From NCBI RefSeq assembly GCF_009914755.1, contig NC_060936.1: DNA of 64,000 nt; one strand, given 5' to 3'. Shown in pieces: positions 40,170 to 63,546 of this stretch. The translations under genes and the position numbers were made by a program. Each line of letters opens with the position of its first letter. Position 1 is the first letter of the stretch. This stretch comes from the human T2T-CHM13v2.0 reference genome, Homo sapiens. The notes beneath the pieces are model-generated. The model searched no databases, had not been told where the DNA came from, and saw only the letters and a program-made list of their open reading frames with translations.

Positions 40170-42880
40170 ATTAAACTTTTAATTTTGAGATAACTGTGGT
40201 TTCATTTGCAGGTGTAAGAAATAATTCAGAGAGATTCTGCTTACCCTTTACCCAGTTTTCCCTCACCTTGCAAGACTATAGCACAATATTGTAACCTGGA
40301 AATTGACCTTGAAGTAATCAAGATACAGAACATTCCATCAGAGGATCCCTCTGTTGCCCTTCATAGCCACGCCCACTTCCCTCCCACCTCCCTAAAAGAG
40401 GAGACTCCTTCTTTTATCTTTGGCAACCACTAATTCATTCTCTATTTCTGTAATTTTGTCATTTCAAGATAGCTACATAAATGGAATCATATAGTATGTA
40501 ACCTTCTGGGATTGACTTTTTTGGTTTCACTCAGCATAATTCTCTGGAGATTCATCCAAGTTTTGCCTGTTATCAATAGTTCCTTTTGTTTAACTGTTGA
40601 GTGGTATTCCATCTTGCAGATGTACTATAGTTTGTTTAACCATTCACTCATTGAAGAGCATAAGGACTGTCTCCAGTTTTTGACTTTTAGGAATAAAGGT
40701 GCTATGAACAGTCGTGTACAGGTATTTGGGTGAACATGAGTTTTCATTTCTCTGGAATAAATGCCCAGGAGTGTAATTGTGGGGTCATATGGTTGTTGCA
40801 TGTGTGGTTTTTTGAGGAACCACCAAACTGTTTTCCAGAGTGGCCGTACCATTTTACATTTTCACCAGCAATTTATGAGAGGCCCGGTTTCTCTGCGTCC
40901 TCACCTGCATTTGCTGGCCCTACCTTTTATTTTAGCCATTCTGTTAAGTGTGTAAGATAGCTTAACAGCTTAAATTTGCATTTTCCTAATCGCTAGTGAT
41001 GTTGAATGTCTTTTCACCTTCTTATTTGCCATCTGTACGTCCTCTTTGGTGAAACGTTGGTTCATATCTTTTGCCCGTTTTCTAATTTTTTTAATGTTGA
41101 GTTTTAAGAGTTCTTATGTATTATAAATACTAGTTCTTCGTCAGATATGTGGTTTACAAATATTTTCTCCTTGTTTGTGGGTTATTTTTTTCATCCTTTT
41201 AACAGGATTTCTCACAGAACAAAAGTCTTAAATTTTAATGAAGTCCAGTTTATCAATTTTTCCTTTTATGAAACATGCTTTTGGTGTCAAATCTAAGATC
41301 TCTTGGCCTAACCCTAGATCATGAAAATTTTCTCCTGTGCCTTTTCTAAAAGTGTTATAGTTGTATATAACTCCATGATACATTTTGAGTTAATTTTTAT
41401 ATACCATGTAGGACTTAGGGGAAGGGAGCTTTTTTCTCTTGTAGGAATCCAATTGCTCCAGTACCATTTGATGAAAAGGTTCTCATTCCTCCATTGAATT
41501 ACTTTTGTAGCTTTTCCAAAAAATCACTTATGCGTATTTGTGCAAGTCTATTTCTGGGCTCTCTATTCTGTTCCAGTGAGCTATGTGTCTATCCTTCCAC
41601 CAGTACCATCTAGTCTTGGTAAGTGTAGCTGTATATTTTGATATAATAAGTCTTAAAATTGAGTAGACTAATTCCTCCCACTTTATTCTTCTATTTCAAA
41701 ATTGTTTTAGCTATTCTAGTTCCTTTGCCTTTCCATATACATTTTAAAATAAGCTTGTCTATATCTATAAAAATCTTGCTGGGATTTTGATAGGACTTGT
41801 GTTAAATCCATATATACATTTGAGGGATAATTATCATCTTTCCTCTGTTGAGGCTTCTAAACCATGAACGCAATGTGTCTCTATTTTATTTAGAGCTTTG
41901 ATTCTTTTAACAGTATTTTGTAGCTTTCAGCATAAAAGTCTGCTATGCGCTGAATGTGTCCCCTCAAAATTCATATGTAGTGGTATCCCCAGTGTGGTGG
42001 TATTAAGAGGTGGGGCCTCTGGGAGGCGGTTAGGTCATGAGGGCAGAGCCCTCATTAATGAGATTAGTGCCCTTATGAAAGAAGCTGAAAGAGTTTGTTC
42101 ACTTGGACACAGTAAAAAGCTGCCATTTATGAAGCAGAAAAGGAGTGCTCACCAGACACTGAATCTGCTGGTACCTTGATCTTGAACTTCCCAGTCTCCA
42201 GAACTGTGAGAAATAAACTTTTGTTGTTTTAAACTTCTGTTGTTTTACCCGCTCTAGGGCATTTTGTTACAGCAGCCTGAATGGACTAAGACAAAGCCCT
42301 TGCACATGTTTTGTTGGATTCATATCCAAATGTTTCCTTTCTGTTTTGAGTGATTGTAAGTGGTATTGTATTTTTAATTTTTGTGTCTGTGTTCATGCTG
42401 GTATATGGTGATATACTTGATTTTTGTGTGTTTATTTTGTATCCTGCAACATTGCTGAAGTTACTTATTAGTTCTAGAAGCTTTTTCTGCATTCTTTGGA
42501 ATTTTCTACATAGACAATCTTGTCATATGCAAGTGGGGAGAGTTTTATTCCATTCTTTCCAATTCACATACCTTTTATTTCCTATTCTTGTCTTATTGCA
42601 CTGAATAGAACTTCCAGTACTACATTGAATAAGAGTGGTAAGAGAGGATAGTCTTGCCTTCCTTCTGATCCCAAGGAGGAAACAGTCAGTATTTCACCAT
42701 TAAGTATAATGTGAGCTGTAAATATTTTTGGAGATGCATTTTATCAGGTTGAGCAAGTTCCCCTCTATTCCTTTTTTTTTTTTTCTGAGAGTTCCTCTTT
42801 AAAAAAATCAGAATGGGCATTGGATTTTGTCAAATGTTTTTCTGCTTCAATTGCTATGATCATGTTTTTGTTTTTGTTTT
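40170..42880 (-). mobile_element. L1MC-type 3' portion (~2.4 kb) interrupted by a MaLR LTR
   Basis: Antisense L1 ORF2 C-terminal remnants (ORFs 40625-40852 and 42286-42492) and an L1MC-like 3' end. Confidence 0.85.
41941..42293 (+). mobile_element. MLT1A-like solo LTR
   Basis: TG...CA termini ('tgctatg...ctaagaca'), 353 bp, 5-bp TSD aagtc/aagcc. Confidence 0.85.
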
Positions 42881-43300
42881 TTCACCTGCTTTAGGCCAAA
42901 CAATATACTATTTACACTATTCTGAATACTTTGAACTGCAAATGATAGATTAAACCAGATTAAAATTTGATTAAATTAAAAGAAATGTATTTTTTTCTCT
43001 GAACAAGATATCTGGAGGCAGACAGTTCCAGGGTTGGCTAATTCAGCATCTCAGTATTGTCAGGGCTCTGGGTGTTCTCTGTGATTCTCTGGGCTTTCCC
43101 CTCGTGGTTGCAAGTCGGCTACAGAGGTCCCAGGTGCCGCTAGTAGGGGATGTTCTCCTTTTTTTTAATCACAAGGAAAATCTTTCTCAGAATCCTACAG
43201 GCTTTTATGTCTTGTTGGCCAAAGTGAGCCCATGTCCAAACCTAAACCAGTCTCGCAAAGAGAATGGAAACGGGAGTGGAGTCCCATGAATAGTTTAATC

Positions 43301-43520
43301 CAGTAGTTCTTACCAGGGGCCCTCCTGGTGTGTTGGATGACAATTTGTTGTTGTGCAGGATTGTCCTGCTCACTGAAGGACATTTAGCATCCCTGGCCTT
43401 CACCTATTAAGTGACAGTGGAGCCCTCCAGTCATGGAGACAACTTCTTTCAAACTTCCCCTGGGTGTGGCGGGTTGGGGGCGGGGGCTGGCAATAACACT
43501 TCTCATTGAGAGCCATTGGT
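43301..43520. mobile_element. MER20-like MITE next to an MLT1J/K-like remnant (~42990-43300)
   Basis: 'gacaatttgttgttgtgcaggattgtcctg...gacatttagcatccctggcc...ttgagagccattg'. Confidence 0.65.
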
Positions 43521-45143
43521 TTAAACCAATTATGATTCACTCCAAGGTCAGCCAGTGGAGTGATCAAGCCAGGACTGGTTGAGTTTAATACTATATATTG
43601 AATTCCCAATTATCTGCTTTTATTTCTCATTGCTGTGACATCTAATAATTATTGTGTGTTTATTATGAGACACAGTGTGCTAATTGATTTATATCCTTTA
43701 TCATTTTACTTTTTATAACAACTTTAGGGGATATGCATTCTTATTGTCCCCATTTTACTGATGAGGAAATTGAGGCCTACGAAGATTAAGGAAGTTGCCC
43801 AAGGTCTGATTCCAGAATCAGCATAAGCTGCTACACCATACCACTTCCCCAGGAAAGTAAGTCTTTGTTGTCTTTTGCTGTCATTTATTCTGAGTGGTAG
43901 CAAGACATTCTTCAAAAGCCAGGTGATTCCTCCCAGACTGTACCCACAATTTCAGTCCTCCAGTTGGAGGAATTACAGAGGGAAGATGAATGCATTTACT
44001 CCAGTTATGTATGGCAGAGAAGAGGTAAGAGATGAAAAGCATGATTTAGCCATATTATTTTGCTTTTTCTAAAAAGAAAACTCCTTATTAGATCAACACT
44101 TTAACTATTAGGCTATGTCTTAATTATAACTTAGGCTTTACAGTTCTTAAGCAAAGATATGACTAGGGCAAAATTAAAATATGGCAACGAGTATACGTTG
44201 TCTCACTCAAGTACTGTTTTCAGTAACTCCTTATCTAAGCCTTGGCTTTCTTTACACTTTTACATATTCTAAGTGATTCCAGGCATTGCAAAGCTCTTTT
44301 GCCTGTGCAAGGCTTCCAGGAACCCAGCCACTGGCAGCTTTGGTGTAGGCACATTCTTAAGAAGGGACATTTTCTATTTTGCCTTCATTTGTAGCTATTC
44401 ATGACTGACTCTCCGTTCTTTTGTCTACTTGTTCATCCGTCCATCCATCCATCCATCCATCCATCCACTCAGCCATTCTTTTGTTCAACAGTGATTTACT
44501 GAATTCCTTACTATGACTCTTCTATATTTGACATGCCACACGATGTTCAGCAATGACTTCTACTCAAGAGCTAGTTTTTAGTTTCACACTGCTTTTCTCT
44601 TGTTCTTTATCTTTTGCTTTTGTAGCTCAGAACAGAAAAATCTATAGAAAAGATCTTGCTACCAGGCTATGGGACCCTCTTGTCCATGGCGATATCTTAC
44701 TGTCTTTGTGTCTTTGGGCTGAGCAATCCTGCAGCATGGTGTATGCTCAATAATGCTCATGGAACAAAATGGTGTGGTTCCTCTTCCAGGAAGTGCTGCC
44801 ATCTCTCTTTTGATTGAGAATAGGTTTACCTAGGTGATTACATCACTAACATTGTATTCCTGTGATTTCTTCCTCATGATAGGACAGATTTTACTAAAAA
44901 GTCAAAAATTATTTATTACATTATGCCGTTCCTCTTACTTTTCATGCCAGATTAAATTTTCTTGGTCCTTCAATGCCCACTTCTAATATCAATAAACAAG
45001 TAACCTTTCCCCAACCTACTGAAGTCGCCATGTGGAATTGGTCATTCTTTCTGTTGATTCCATATCATCCCCTTCATTCTTCTGTCTGCCCGTTTGTCCA
45101 TCCATTTATCCATCCACTTAGCTATTCGTTCGTTCAACAATGA

Positions 45144-45533
<390 letters not shown>

Positions 45534-46199
45534 TAATTTCTTGATTATGTGTTTGTTTCCTCCAATAGGCTATGAGCCCTTCAAGCAAAGACAAGAAATA
45601 ATGTTATTGCTCTTTTTGCATCCCAAGTGCCTGACACAAAGGAAGGTGGAGGAAAGCATGCGGTCAATGTATGTAGAATTGCACTATACATGCAATAGGG
45701 CCTGCCTTCTCTTCAACAGGCATTGCTTTTCCTCTTTTAAGCTTCATAGAACATTTAAAAAGCACACAGCAACAATAATTTCATCAGCGGATGAAAGAGG
45801 ATGTCAAAAGAGAAAAATAAACCAGGGTAACAAATAATCAGAGGATGTCCCCATTATAATTACAGCAACATGGATTGAGTTATGCCAGCTCCTGAGAGGA
45901 ATTTGATTTCCTTATTATGTGTATACTTTATCATCCTCTCAGCATCCCTTTTTTCTTGGTATTTCACATATGGCTCTGATGTCTCCCTGCTTTGTAGATG
46001 GGAAAACTAAACTCCAGAATGGGCTAATGGCTTGAGCCATCTCACATAGCAAGGCAGACACTGAGAGGTGGGCATAAAATAAACATGTTTAGATTTTAAT
46101 TATTTCAATCAAATCAAGAGATCACCATCACCAGAATATCCTATTAACTATTTATCGAATGCTTATTATGTGCCAAGAACTTTACATGCATTATCCTTT

Positions 46200-47080
46200 C
46201 TCCCCAATCTTTATTTTGAAAACATTAAAACCTGCAAACAGCTGGGAAGAATATACAATGAAACATCTAGTTTCACTAATTGATTTATTTCTTACACCTA
46301 GTTTCTTACACTTAGTTTCACATTTTTGTTTTATTTCTCTCTAAATATATTTGAATATATTGAATTACATGCAGACATTATGACTTAGCTCCTAAATATT
46401 CCAGCATACATCACTTCAGAAGAAGAGCATTCTCTTACGTAACTAAGATACAATAACCACACTCAGGAAAGTTAACATTAAAATAATTTCATTATCTATT
46501 ACATAATCCTTATTCAAATTTGCCTTATTTCCTCAATAACTCCTCCCTTCCCTTCCTTTCTCCTTCTTTCCTTCCTTCCTCCCTCCCTCCCTCCCTGTCT
46601 GTCTGTCTTTCTCCCCTTTTTCTAAATTCAGGATCTAATTGAGGATCACACATTGCATTTACTTTTCATATTTCTTTAGTCATCTTTGATTAGAATCACT
46701 TCCCAGCCTTCCCCCTCAACCCCGTTTCATGACATTGACAGTTTTGAAGAGTTCAAGCTTCTTGTTTTGCAAAATCCCTTTAGTTTAGATTTGTGTGATG
46801 TTTCCTCATGGAAAGATTCAGGTTAAATATTGTTAGTAAGAATATTGCATAAGTGACATTGTGTCCTTCTCAATCATCCCATCGGGGGCATAAAATGTCA
46901 ATGTGTCCCATCACTCACGATGCTATGATCACTTGGCTAAGGCAGTGTTTGCCAGGTTTCTACATTGCGGAAGTACCATTTTCCTTTGTAATTAACAAGT
47001 AATCTGTGGAGCGATACTTTGAGGTTGTGTGAATACCCCTCATCAGGTTTTGTCTAATGTTTTTAGTATCCACTGATGAT
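46200..47080 (-). mobile_element. L1MC4/5-like 3' fragment inserted in a MIR (~46150-47280)
   Basis: 'aggatctaattgaggatcacacattgcattt...tgatcacttggctaaggcagtgtttgccaggtttc'; MIR sequence on both sides. Confidence 0.65.
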
Positions 47081-49649
47081 GAGTGTTTATTATCATTTTA
47101 GAGTCTCACTATAACCCTGTGAGGTAGACACTATTATGACCCATATTTACAATGAAGAAACTGAGTCTTAGAGAGATGAAGAAACTTGCTCAATGTCTCA
47201 CAGCTAATAAGGGACAGAGCTGAGATTTCAGCCCACATCAGGCTGTCTCTAAAGCCTGTGCTCTCTACCTACTACACTGCACTAGCTGAAAGTAGACTTT
47301 CTTATCTCGCTTGCTCCAGGCAAGACAAGAAAAAAGTGATAGTCAAGATCATATAGACACAATTTATTTCGTCTCTCAAGTCTCTTCCCTCTTATTTCCC
47401 AAGCACTTTTTTTCCCCAAAGCCTGATGCGTGTCAGTCACTCTTCTCTGACTGTTAACCTGGAATGTGGTGAATAAATTATATTTTATTCCAGTGAACCT
47501 TAGGCTGTGGAGTTCTGCTTTGATTCCATCCCACGGTGCCCAGGACCACCTGCTTGCCAGCACCACACTGGGAATGATGCCATTACATTCTGGAATCATC
47601 CATTCCAGTGTGAGAAAGACCACTACATACATTCATAGGGAGGATTACAGTGAATCCTTCTGGGTTCTTTCATAAAGGGGAACTTGGGGGTACCGAGAGA
47701 TGGAGGTGGGGAATACATTTTTCTATTAGTTTCAAAGGAAGAGCTCACCTAGCCCAACTCCCTTCCTTTGTAGATGAAGAAACTGAGCCCTAGACTGGTA
47801 AGTGGACTGTCCAGGGTCAACGCTGGTGACAGACAGATCTGGGGCTGGAACGACAGATTCCATGCTTATCGCGCTGCAAAATCCCTAAGGTTACATTCTC
47901 GTCCAGCCCTGCTCGCCCAGCCCTTGGTCCTCTGCTACTCCTCCCCACCCTTCCCTTCTCAGACTTGCCCTTTGGAAGGCATTCGCTCATTCTTTCCTTC
48001 CTTCCTTCCTTCACTGGGTTGTTCATTCTTCAATAGCATTTGTTGTCCTCCTACCATATGCCAGATCCTGTGCTGGCCTTAATGGGTATGAAGCAAAAAG
48101 AAACACAGTGTCAGCCTTGAAGGAGGCCACTGTTTAGGTGAGTGGAGGGGAAGCGTATAATATGACACCATGATCGGATGTGCTAAGCACTAGAGCAACA
48201 CTCATCTACTGCCCTGGGGACACAGAAAAGGGAAGGATGCTTTGAAATTATGCGGCTGCTTGGGAGTTTGCTGGGGAGCTACCCAAACATAGCTCCATTA
48301 CTCAGAACACTCCTGGAATTCCCTTTCCGTCTGCTAGTCTTCCCAGAGGAAAGAGAGGGCAAGTATGGGAAGCAAGGGAAGGGCAGAACATGGCTGGTTG
48401 ATGAGTTTGGGGGGATTCTAAAGGGACCCAGAAACATACCCGATCAGACTCAGGACTAATTGGTGCAGCTGGGTGGCTGCATCCGCTGCAGGCCCTTAGG
48501 AGCCTAACGCTGGTTATTGGCTTGGCTCAGTTAAGAGAGCTTGAGCCTCCTCCAAGGCTGCCCAGTGTCCAGAGCCGCCTGTGCTTCTGGGCATGGGGAG
48601 AGAGAGTGGGGAGAAGAAGTGGTGAGGATGCTGAGAATCCAGGACGCAATTGCCCTAGGGCACTAATTGCAGCTCCAGCTGCAGGAGGCCCTGTGATCTT
48701 CCCACTTGCTGCTCAGTACACTGCATAATGGGCTCTTAGTTATGGGATTTAAACTAAGCCTGAATCTTATTCTGCACAAGGGAATAATCACATCACAAGC
48801 TGGAAGGAAGGAGTATGCTGTACTGATTAGACCAACGCAGTGAAAAGTTCTGGCTGCTGTTTTCTGTTCCTCCTGCTGACCGATGGCACAATTCAGGCCA
48901 ATTAGGAAACATCTGCTTACCTATCAGTGAACTGATGTAATGACTTCATACAGCATGGCTTTGGGCTATGCTGGACCTCCCAAGTGAGCCCTCCTTTCCT
49001 TAACAACTGTGACAATTGAATGACATTTTACTGTGCCAGTCTGTTTATGGATCACCTATTTAATCCTCACAGTAACCCTAATAGTAGCTACCATTACGAT
49101 TCCTGTTCTGCACAGGAAGAAACAGAAGCTCAGAGAAGGTAAGTTACTTACCCAAGGTCACACAGCTAATATATATGGCACTATGACTGAATCAAGCAGT
49201 GTGATTTCTGAGCCCACACTCCTAGCCACTAAGGAAAATTGCCTCTTAGTCCCAGGAGGATGTGACTTGGGCAGGAGTTCTAGCACTCGTTACAATTCAT
49301 GGTCATGTCATTCATTCCTTTTGCTGTTCGTTAGATTATAAGCTCCATAAGGTCAGGGAACAGGCAGACTTGTTCACCACTGAGCCTCCGGAGCCTAGCA
49401 CCTCCTAGCACATAGTAGACGCATCATTCATGTTTTGGGCTGAGCGAATAGCTCTGGATCAGGCCATATAGCCTATTTAGTATTTTGCCAATTACACTAG
49501 TAGGAGAGGCCAATGGTATAGGCCATTCCCTGGGTCTGAATTGTTCAGTTATGGGAACTAACTGGGTTCTAAGGAGTGGGCTCTGAGGGGATTCACCAGA
49601 GTTGCTCCTTCTTTTGCCCTTGCTCCCATCTCCTATAGCATGCACTCAT

Positions 49650-50700
49650 CCTGTGATTCATTTTTTTCGGTAGATCTTTAATGAGCACCTATTATGTGCC
49701 CGGTGCTGTTCCAGGTAGTTCACTGGAACAAAGCAGATAAAAATGCCTCTGACACAGAGCTTGCAATCCACTGGAGGGGAAAACCATGAGCAATAAATAG
49801 GCAAAACGCACAGTGCATACAACAGAATACATGCTTAGGAAGGTAGATATGAAGGATCAGGGAGGTGGGTGGCCACTAAAGCCCTCATTAAGAAGGTGGC
49901 ATTTGACAAAAGGCTAGAAGGAAGTCAGGGGGCAGCCATACAAATGCCTCAGGGAGAGGGAACAGCCAGCACAAATGCCCTGGGGCAAAATCACTCTGTG
50001 TGTGGGACGAGCAGTGGGGAGGTCACTGGAGCGAGAGATGGGAGTGATGGGAGAAGAGTTTGGAGAAGTGACCAGAGCTAGGTTGTGTGAAATCTTTTAG
50101 GTAATAGCTGTAAACTTGGCTTTAAATCTGAGTGGAATGCGAAGCCACTAGAGGATTCGGGCGGAGGAGGGATGTGATCTGACTTTCCATGTTATCCTGT
50201 ACCAAAGCTATTTGCATATCTGTCTCCCCCTCTAGTCTGTGAGGTTCTCAACACTGGGACCATGTATATATTCCCAGTGCCAACACAGTGATGGTACACG
50301 ATAGATGTTTCAATACATGGCCATCAAATGAATGAGCACATGAAAAATGCAGAACCAGTGCAAAATGAAACCAACTGAACTAGGGTGCAGATGGGGACCC
50401 AGAGGGCAGATAAATGCACTCTGAATTGATGAATGAAGGGCATTTAATGGAGCAGGTGCCTTTTAATCTAGGACTAGAAGCAAGAGAAGCCTATCCACAA
50501 ATAGAGAGAGGAGAAGGATATTGCTCCTGAGCAAGGAACAGGAGCAAAGGGTTGGAGGCATGAAAGTGCAGGGCAAATTAAGAAAATACCAAATAGACAA
50601 ATGTTTCTGGTATGCAGGATGAGAGGAGGCACACAGTGGCATCAGAGGCCAGAATTACAGCCTGGGGCCAGATCACAGAATCACTTACACGTCAAGCTAA
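49650..50700. mobile_element. Cluster of L2 fragments in both orientations
   Basis: 'gagcacctattatgtgcccggtgctgttcc', 'aagccactagaggatt' and 'aaatgaatga'. Confidence 0.7.
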
Positions 50701-50958
50701 GAAATTTGGATTTTATTTTATTTTTTTATTTTTATTTTTTTAAATTTATTATTATTATACTTTAAGTTTTAGGGTATATGTGCACAATGTGCAGGTTAGT
50801 TACATATGTATACATGTGCCATGCTGGTGTGCTGCACCCGCTAACTCATCATCTAGCATTAGGTATATCTCCCAGTGCTATCCCTCCCCCCTCCCCCCAC
50901 CCCACAACAGTCCCCAGAGTTTGATGTTCCCCTTCCTGTGTCCATGTGTTCTCATTGT

Positions 50959-54798
<3,840 letters not shown>

Positions 54799-54846
54799 TT
54801 ATTTTGCTGGTTAGTTGATGCAGTTTCTTCCTAGTCTTGATGGTCT

Positions 54847-55861
54847 TTACATTTTGGCATGATTTTGCAGCGGCTGGTACCGGTTGTTCCTTTCCATGTT
54901 TAGCGCTTCCTTCAGGAGCTCTTTTAGGGCAGGCCTGGTGGTAACAAAATCTCTCAGCATTTGCTTGTCTGTAAAGTATTTTATTTCTCCTTCACTTATG
55001 AAGCTTAGTTTGGCTGGATATGAAATTCTGGGTTGAAAATTCTTTTCTTTGAGAACGTTGAATATTGGCCCTCACTCTCTTCTGGCTTGTAGAGTTTCTG
55101 CCGAAAGATCCACTGTTAGTCTGATGGGCTTCCCTTTGTGGGTAACCCGACCTTTCTCTCTGGCTGCCCTTAACATTTTTTCCTTCATTTCAACTTTGGT
55201 GAATCTGACAATTATGTGTCTTGGAGTTGCTCTTCTCGAGGAGTATCTTTGTGGCATTCTCTGTATTTCCTGAATCTGAATGTTGGCCTGCCTTGCTAGA
55301 TTGGGGAAGTTCTCCTGGATAATATCCTGCAGAGTGTTTTCCAACTTGGTTCCATTCTCCCCGTCACTTTCAGGTACACCAATCAGACATAGATTTGGTC
55401 TTTTCACATAGTCCCATATTTCTTGGAGGCTTTGCTCATTTCTTTTTATTCTTTTTTCTCTAAACTTCCCTTCTCACTTCATTTCATTCATTTCATCTTC
55501 CATCGCTGATACCCTTTCTTCCAGTTGATCACACCGGCTCCTGAGGCTTCTGCATTCTTCACGTAGTTCTCGAGCCTTGGTTTTCAGCTCCATCAGCTCC
55601 TTTAAGCACTTCTCTGTATTGGTTATTCTAGTTATACATTCTTCTAAATTTTTTTCAAAGTTTTCAACTTCTTTGCCTTTGGTTTGAATGTCCTCCCATA
55701 GCTTGGAGTAATTTGATCGTCTGAAGCCTTCTTCTCAGCTCGTCAAAGTCATTCTCCGTCCAGCTTTGTTCCATTGCTGGTGAGGAACTGCGTTCCTTTG
55801 GAGGAGGAGAGGTGCTCTGCGTTTTAGAGTTTCCAGTTTTTCTGCTCTGTTTTTTCCCCAT
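54847..55861 (-). pseudogene. L1 ORF1, frameshifted
   Basis: Starts MGKKQSRKTGNSK, goes out of frame near 55735 and is recovered in fragment 55072-55407 (KRPNLCLIGVPE). Confidence 0.93.
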
Positions 55862-56316
55862 CTTTGTGGTTTTATCTACTTTTGGTCTTTGATGATGGTG
55901 ATGTACTGATGGGTTTTTGGTGTGGATGTCCTTTCTGTTTGTTAGTTTTCCTTTTAACAGACAGGACCCTCAGCTGCAGGTCTGTTGGAGTACTGGGCCC
56001 TGTGAGGTGTCAGTCTGCCCCTGCTGGGGGGTGCCTCCCAGTTAGGCTGCTCGGGGGTCAGGGGTCAGGGACCCACTTGAGGAGGCAGTCTGCCCGTTCT
56101 CAGATCTCCAGCTGCGTGCTGGGAGAACCACTGCTCTCTTCAAAGCTGTCAGACAGGGACATTTAAGTCTGCAGAGGTTACTGCTGTCTTTTTGTTTGTC
56201 TGTGCCCTGCCCCCAGAGGTGGAGCCTACAGAGGCAGGCAGGCCTCCTTGAGCTGTGGTGGGCTCCCCCCAGTTCGTGCTTCCCGGCTGCTTTGTTTACC
56301 TCAGCAAGCCCGGGCA

Positions 56317-56499
56317 ATGGCGGGCGCCCCTCCCCCAGCCTCGCTGCCGCCTTGCAGTTTGATCTCAGACTGCTGTGCTAGCAATCAGCGAGACTCCATG
56401 GGCGTAGGACCCTCCGAGCCAGGTGTGGGATGTAATCTCCTGGTGTGCCGTTTTTTAAGCCCGTCGGAAAAGCGCAGTATTCGGGTGGGAGTGGCCTGA
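56317..56499 (+). CDS. L1 antisense ORF0, truncated to 60 aa
   Basis: MAGAPPPASLPPCSLISDCCASNQRDS..., ending at a premature TGA. Confidence 0.75.
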   Translation: MAGAPPPASLPPCSLISDCCASNQRDSMGVGPSEPGVGCNLLVCRFLSPSEKRSIRVGVA

Positions 56500-58552
56500 T
56501 TTTCCAGGTGCCGTCCATCACCCCTTTGACTAGGAAAGGGAACTCCCTGACCCCTTGCGCTTCCCGAGGAGGCAATGCCTCGCCCTGCTTCGGCTCGCGC
56601 ACGGTGCGCGCACCCACTGACCTGCGCCCACTGTCTGGCACTCCCTAGTGAGATGAACCCGGTACCTCAGATGGAAATGCAGAAATCACCCGTTTTCTGC
56701 GTCGCTCATGCTGTGAGCTGTAGACTGGAGCTGTTCCTATTCGGCCATCTTGGCTCCTCCCTCGAAATTTGGATTTTATACTGCAGGTAATGGGGGGGCC
56801 TTTGCAGGATTTTACAGGTGTGGGGCCGTTTTCAAAGGTGGGATTCAGCCCATTAGGTTTTGGTTTGCAACCTGTGAGGACAGTGGAGAACGCCAAAAAT
56901 GGTGCTGTGTATGGGAGGCAGTGCCTCACAGTGTGGCTACAACACAGCACTGTTTATTGTGTCAATTTAGTGTGTAGAAATACTGTCATGTTCAGAAAGA
57001 GAGTTGATCTCATACTTCACAGAAGCCTTTGGGGATTCCCCTTTGAGGAGCCCTCAGACATTGCACAGTGAAAGATTTAGTGGTTTCCTCAGGTGCATTC
57101 CAGTAGGAGCCTGCGTCCAGCTCAGGAGTGGTGATGACTTCACTATGCTGCTCATCCAACCATCCAGCCCTTATGTAAAATCAATCAGCCATAAGCTTCC
57201 CGGGCTCACTTCATTTTTTCTCCTGTGCTGGAGGAGACTGGTAGAGTCAAGACATGATGTGTTGTGCCCCTGGGTGGCATGTAGCTCCATTACTGTTTAG
57301 CCTGGAAGCCCAGGGTCAGTCATGATGACGTTAGGAGGCTCACCAGGCAGGGGGAATGCAAAGGCAGTCATCTGAGTTCATCTGATAGATCTGGCAATGA
57401 ACCACACTGGGTTCTAAATATGCAGTGGGGCTGCTCATGGTGTGGGGGAATGGCCCTGGGAGGATGGAGATGAAAGTCCATGTCAAAGTGAAAGCTGTCA
57501 GCCATTCCTTTGAAGGAATGGGCTTGTTCCCAGGCTGGAGGTTAAGGTGTCTACTTTCCTGCCTTGACTCTGAACAGCTAAGACTGTCTCACCCTCTCAC
57601 CTTTTCACTCTGACTTAGTCTAAGTTAACTGAAAGGGCTCGTTGGCTCTCCCCACCATACTTCTGTTGCTTCATTGTGGAGCAGGCCTGAGCACTGCTCA
57701 CTAGTGTGTCTTCAACCTAGGGTTATGGTTACTGTAACTCACTCTAGATGGAACACTTAGGTATCATGAACCCACAGGACACAGATGCAGATGAGCAACC
57801 CTTTTACCAGCAAGTAGCTTTCAAAGTTGGCGACTGGGGAGCTGGAGAGGGGCAAAAATAGAGTGGTTCAGAGAATCCCCAGTGTCAAGCTTTCAGGGAG
57901 TTTAAGCAAGAAGGCTGCAGTTTGGGGACTGGAGGGAGAAACTTCTACCAGTATCCCCAGTTTTCTTTCAACTGCATTCAGGGGAGAATAACCAGTATTC
58001 CTCTGCTGAGATGCAGCAGGTTTGTCTATAATTTACTAAAATGATGTGGTGGAAGGGAGCCGGGCCCCAGAGACATCATGAGCCTCTTGTGTACAGAAAA
58101 CCATATCAGGAATATAACTGTACCTGAAATGATGTCCTTGGAGGAGTCAATATCGTGAATTGTGCTCTCCCTCACAGTGAAGTTAGGGACAACCATTACA
58201 GCATCTCCTCCCTCATTCCTTTGGGAGGGCCCTCAATGACGTAGGCTTATTATCTACATGCAATTTTTATACTTTGGATATTAGTTTAAGTTGGACAACC
58301 AGTAGAACTTTCATCATGGATGCAGATTATAAAGATTATCTTCATAATAATACAAGGATTTGGGGAAGGGCATAGGCTAGAGTGAGCATGTGAGTCTGAT
58401 TCTTAGTGGATCAATGACTATACCCCAAGGCCAGATAGAAGAAACTTTTTTTTGGCTTGGTTAATGAGTAACAGTGTTATGACAACTGTCAAAATCTATT
58501 GAAGGCTTTAAAAATGCTCATAACTTTTGACCTAAGAATCCAACATCTAGGA

Positions 58553-62024
<3,472 letters not shown>

Positions 62025-62128
62025 AAGGATCCAGCATCTAGGAATTTCTCTGAAAAAAATACACATAGAATAAATAAGATAAGGATGTTTATCATGGTAA
62101 TGTTTATAATAGAGAAATGCAGTCTTTA

Positions 62129-63540
<1,412 letters not shown>

Positions 63541-63546
63541 ATGAAG

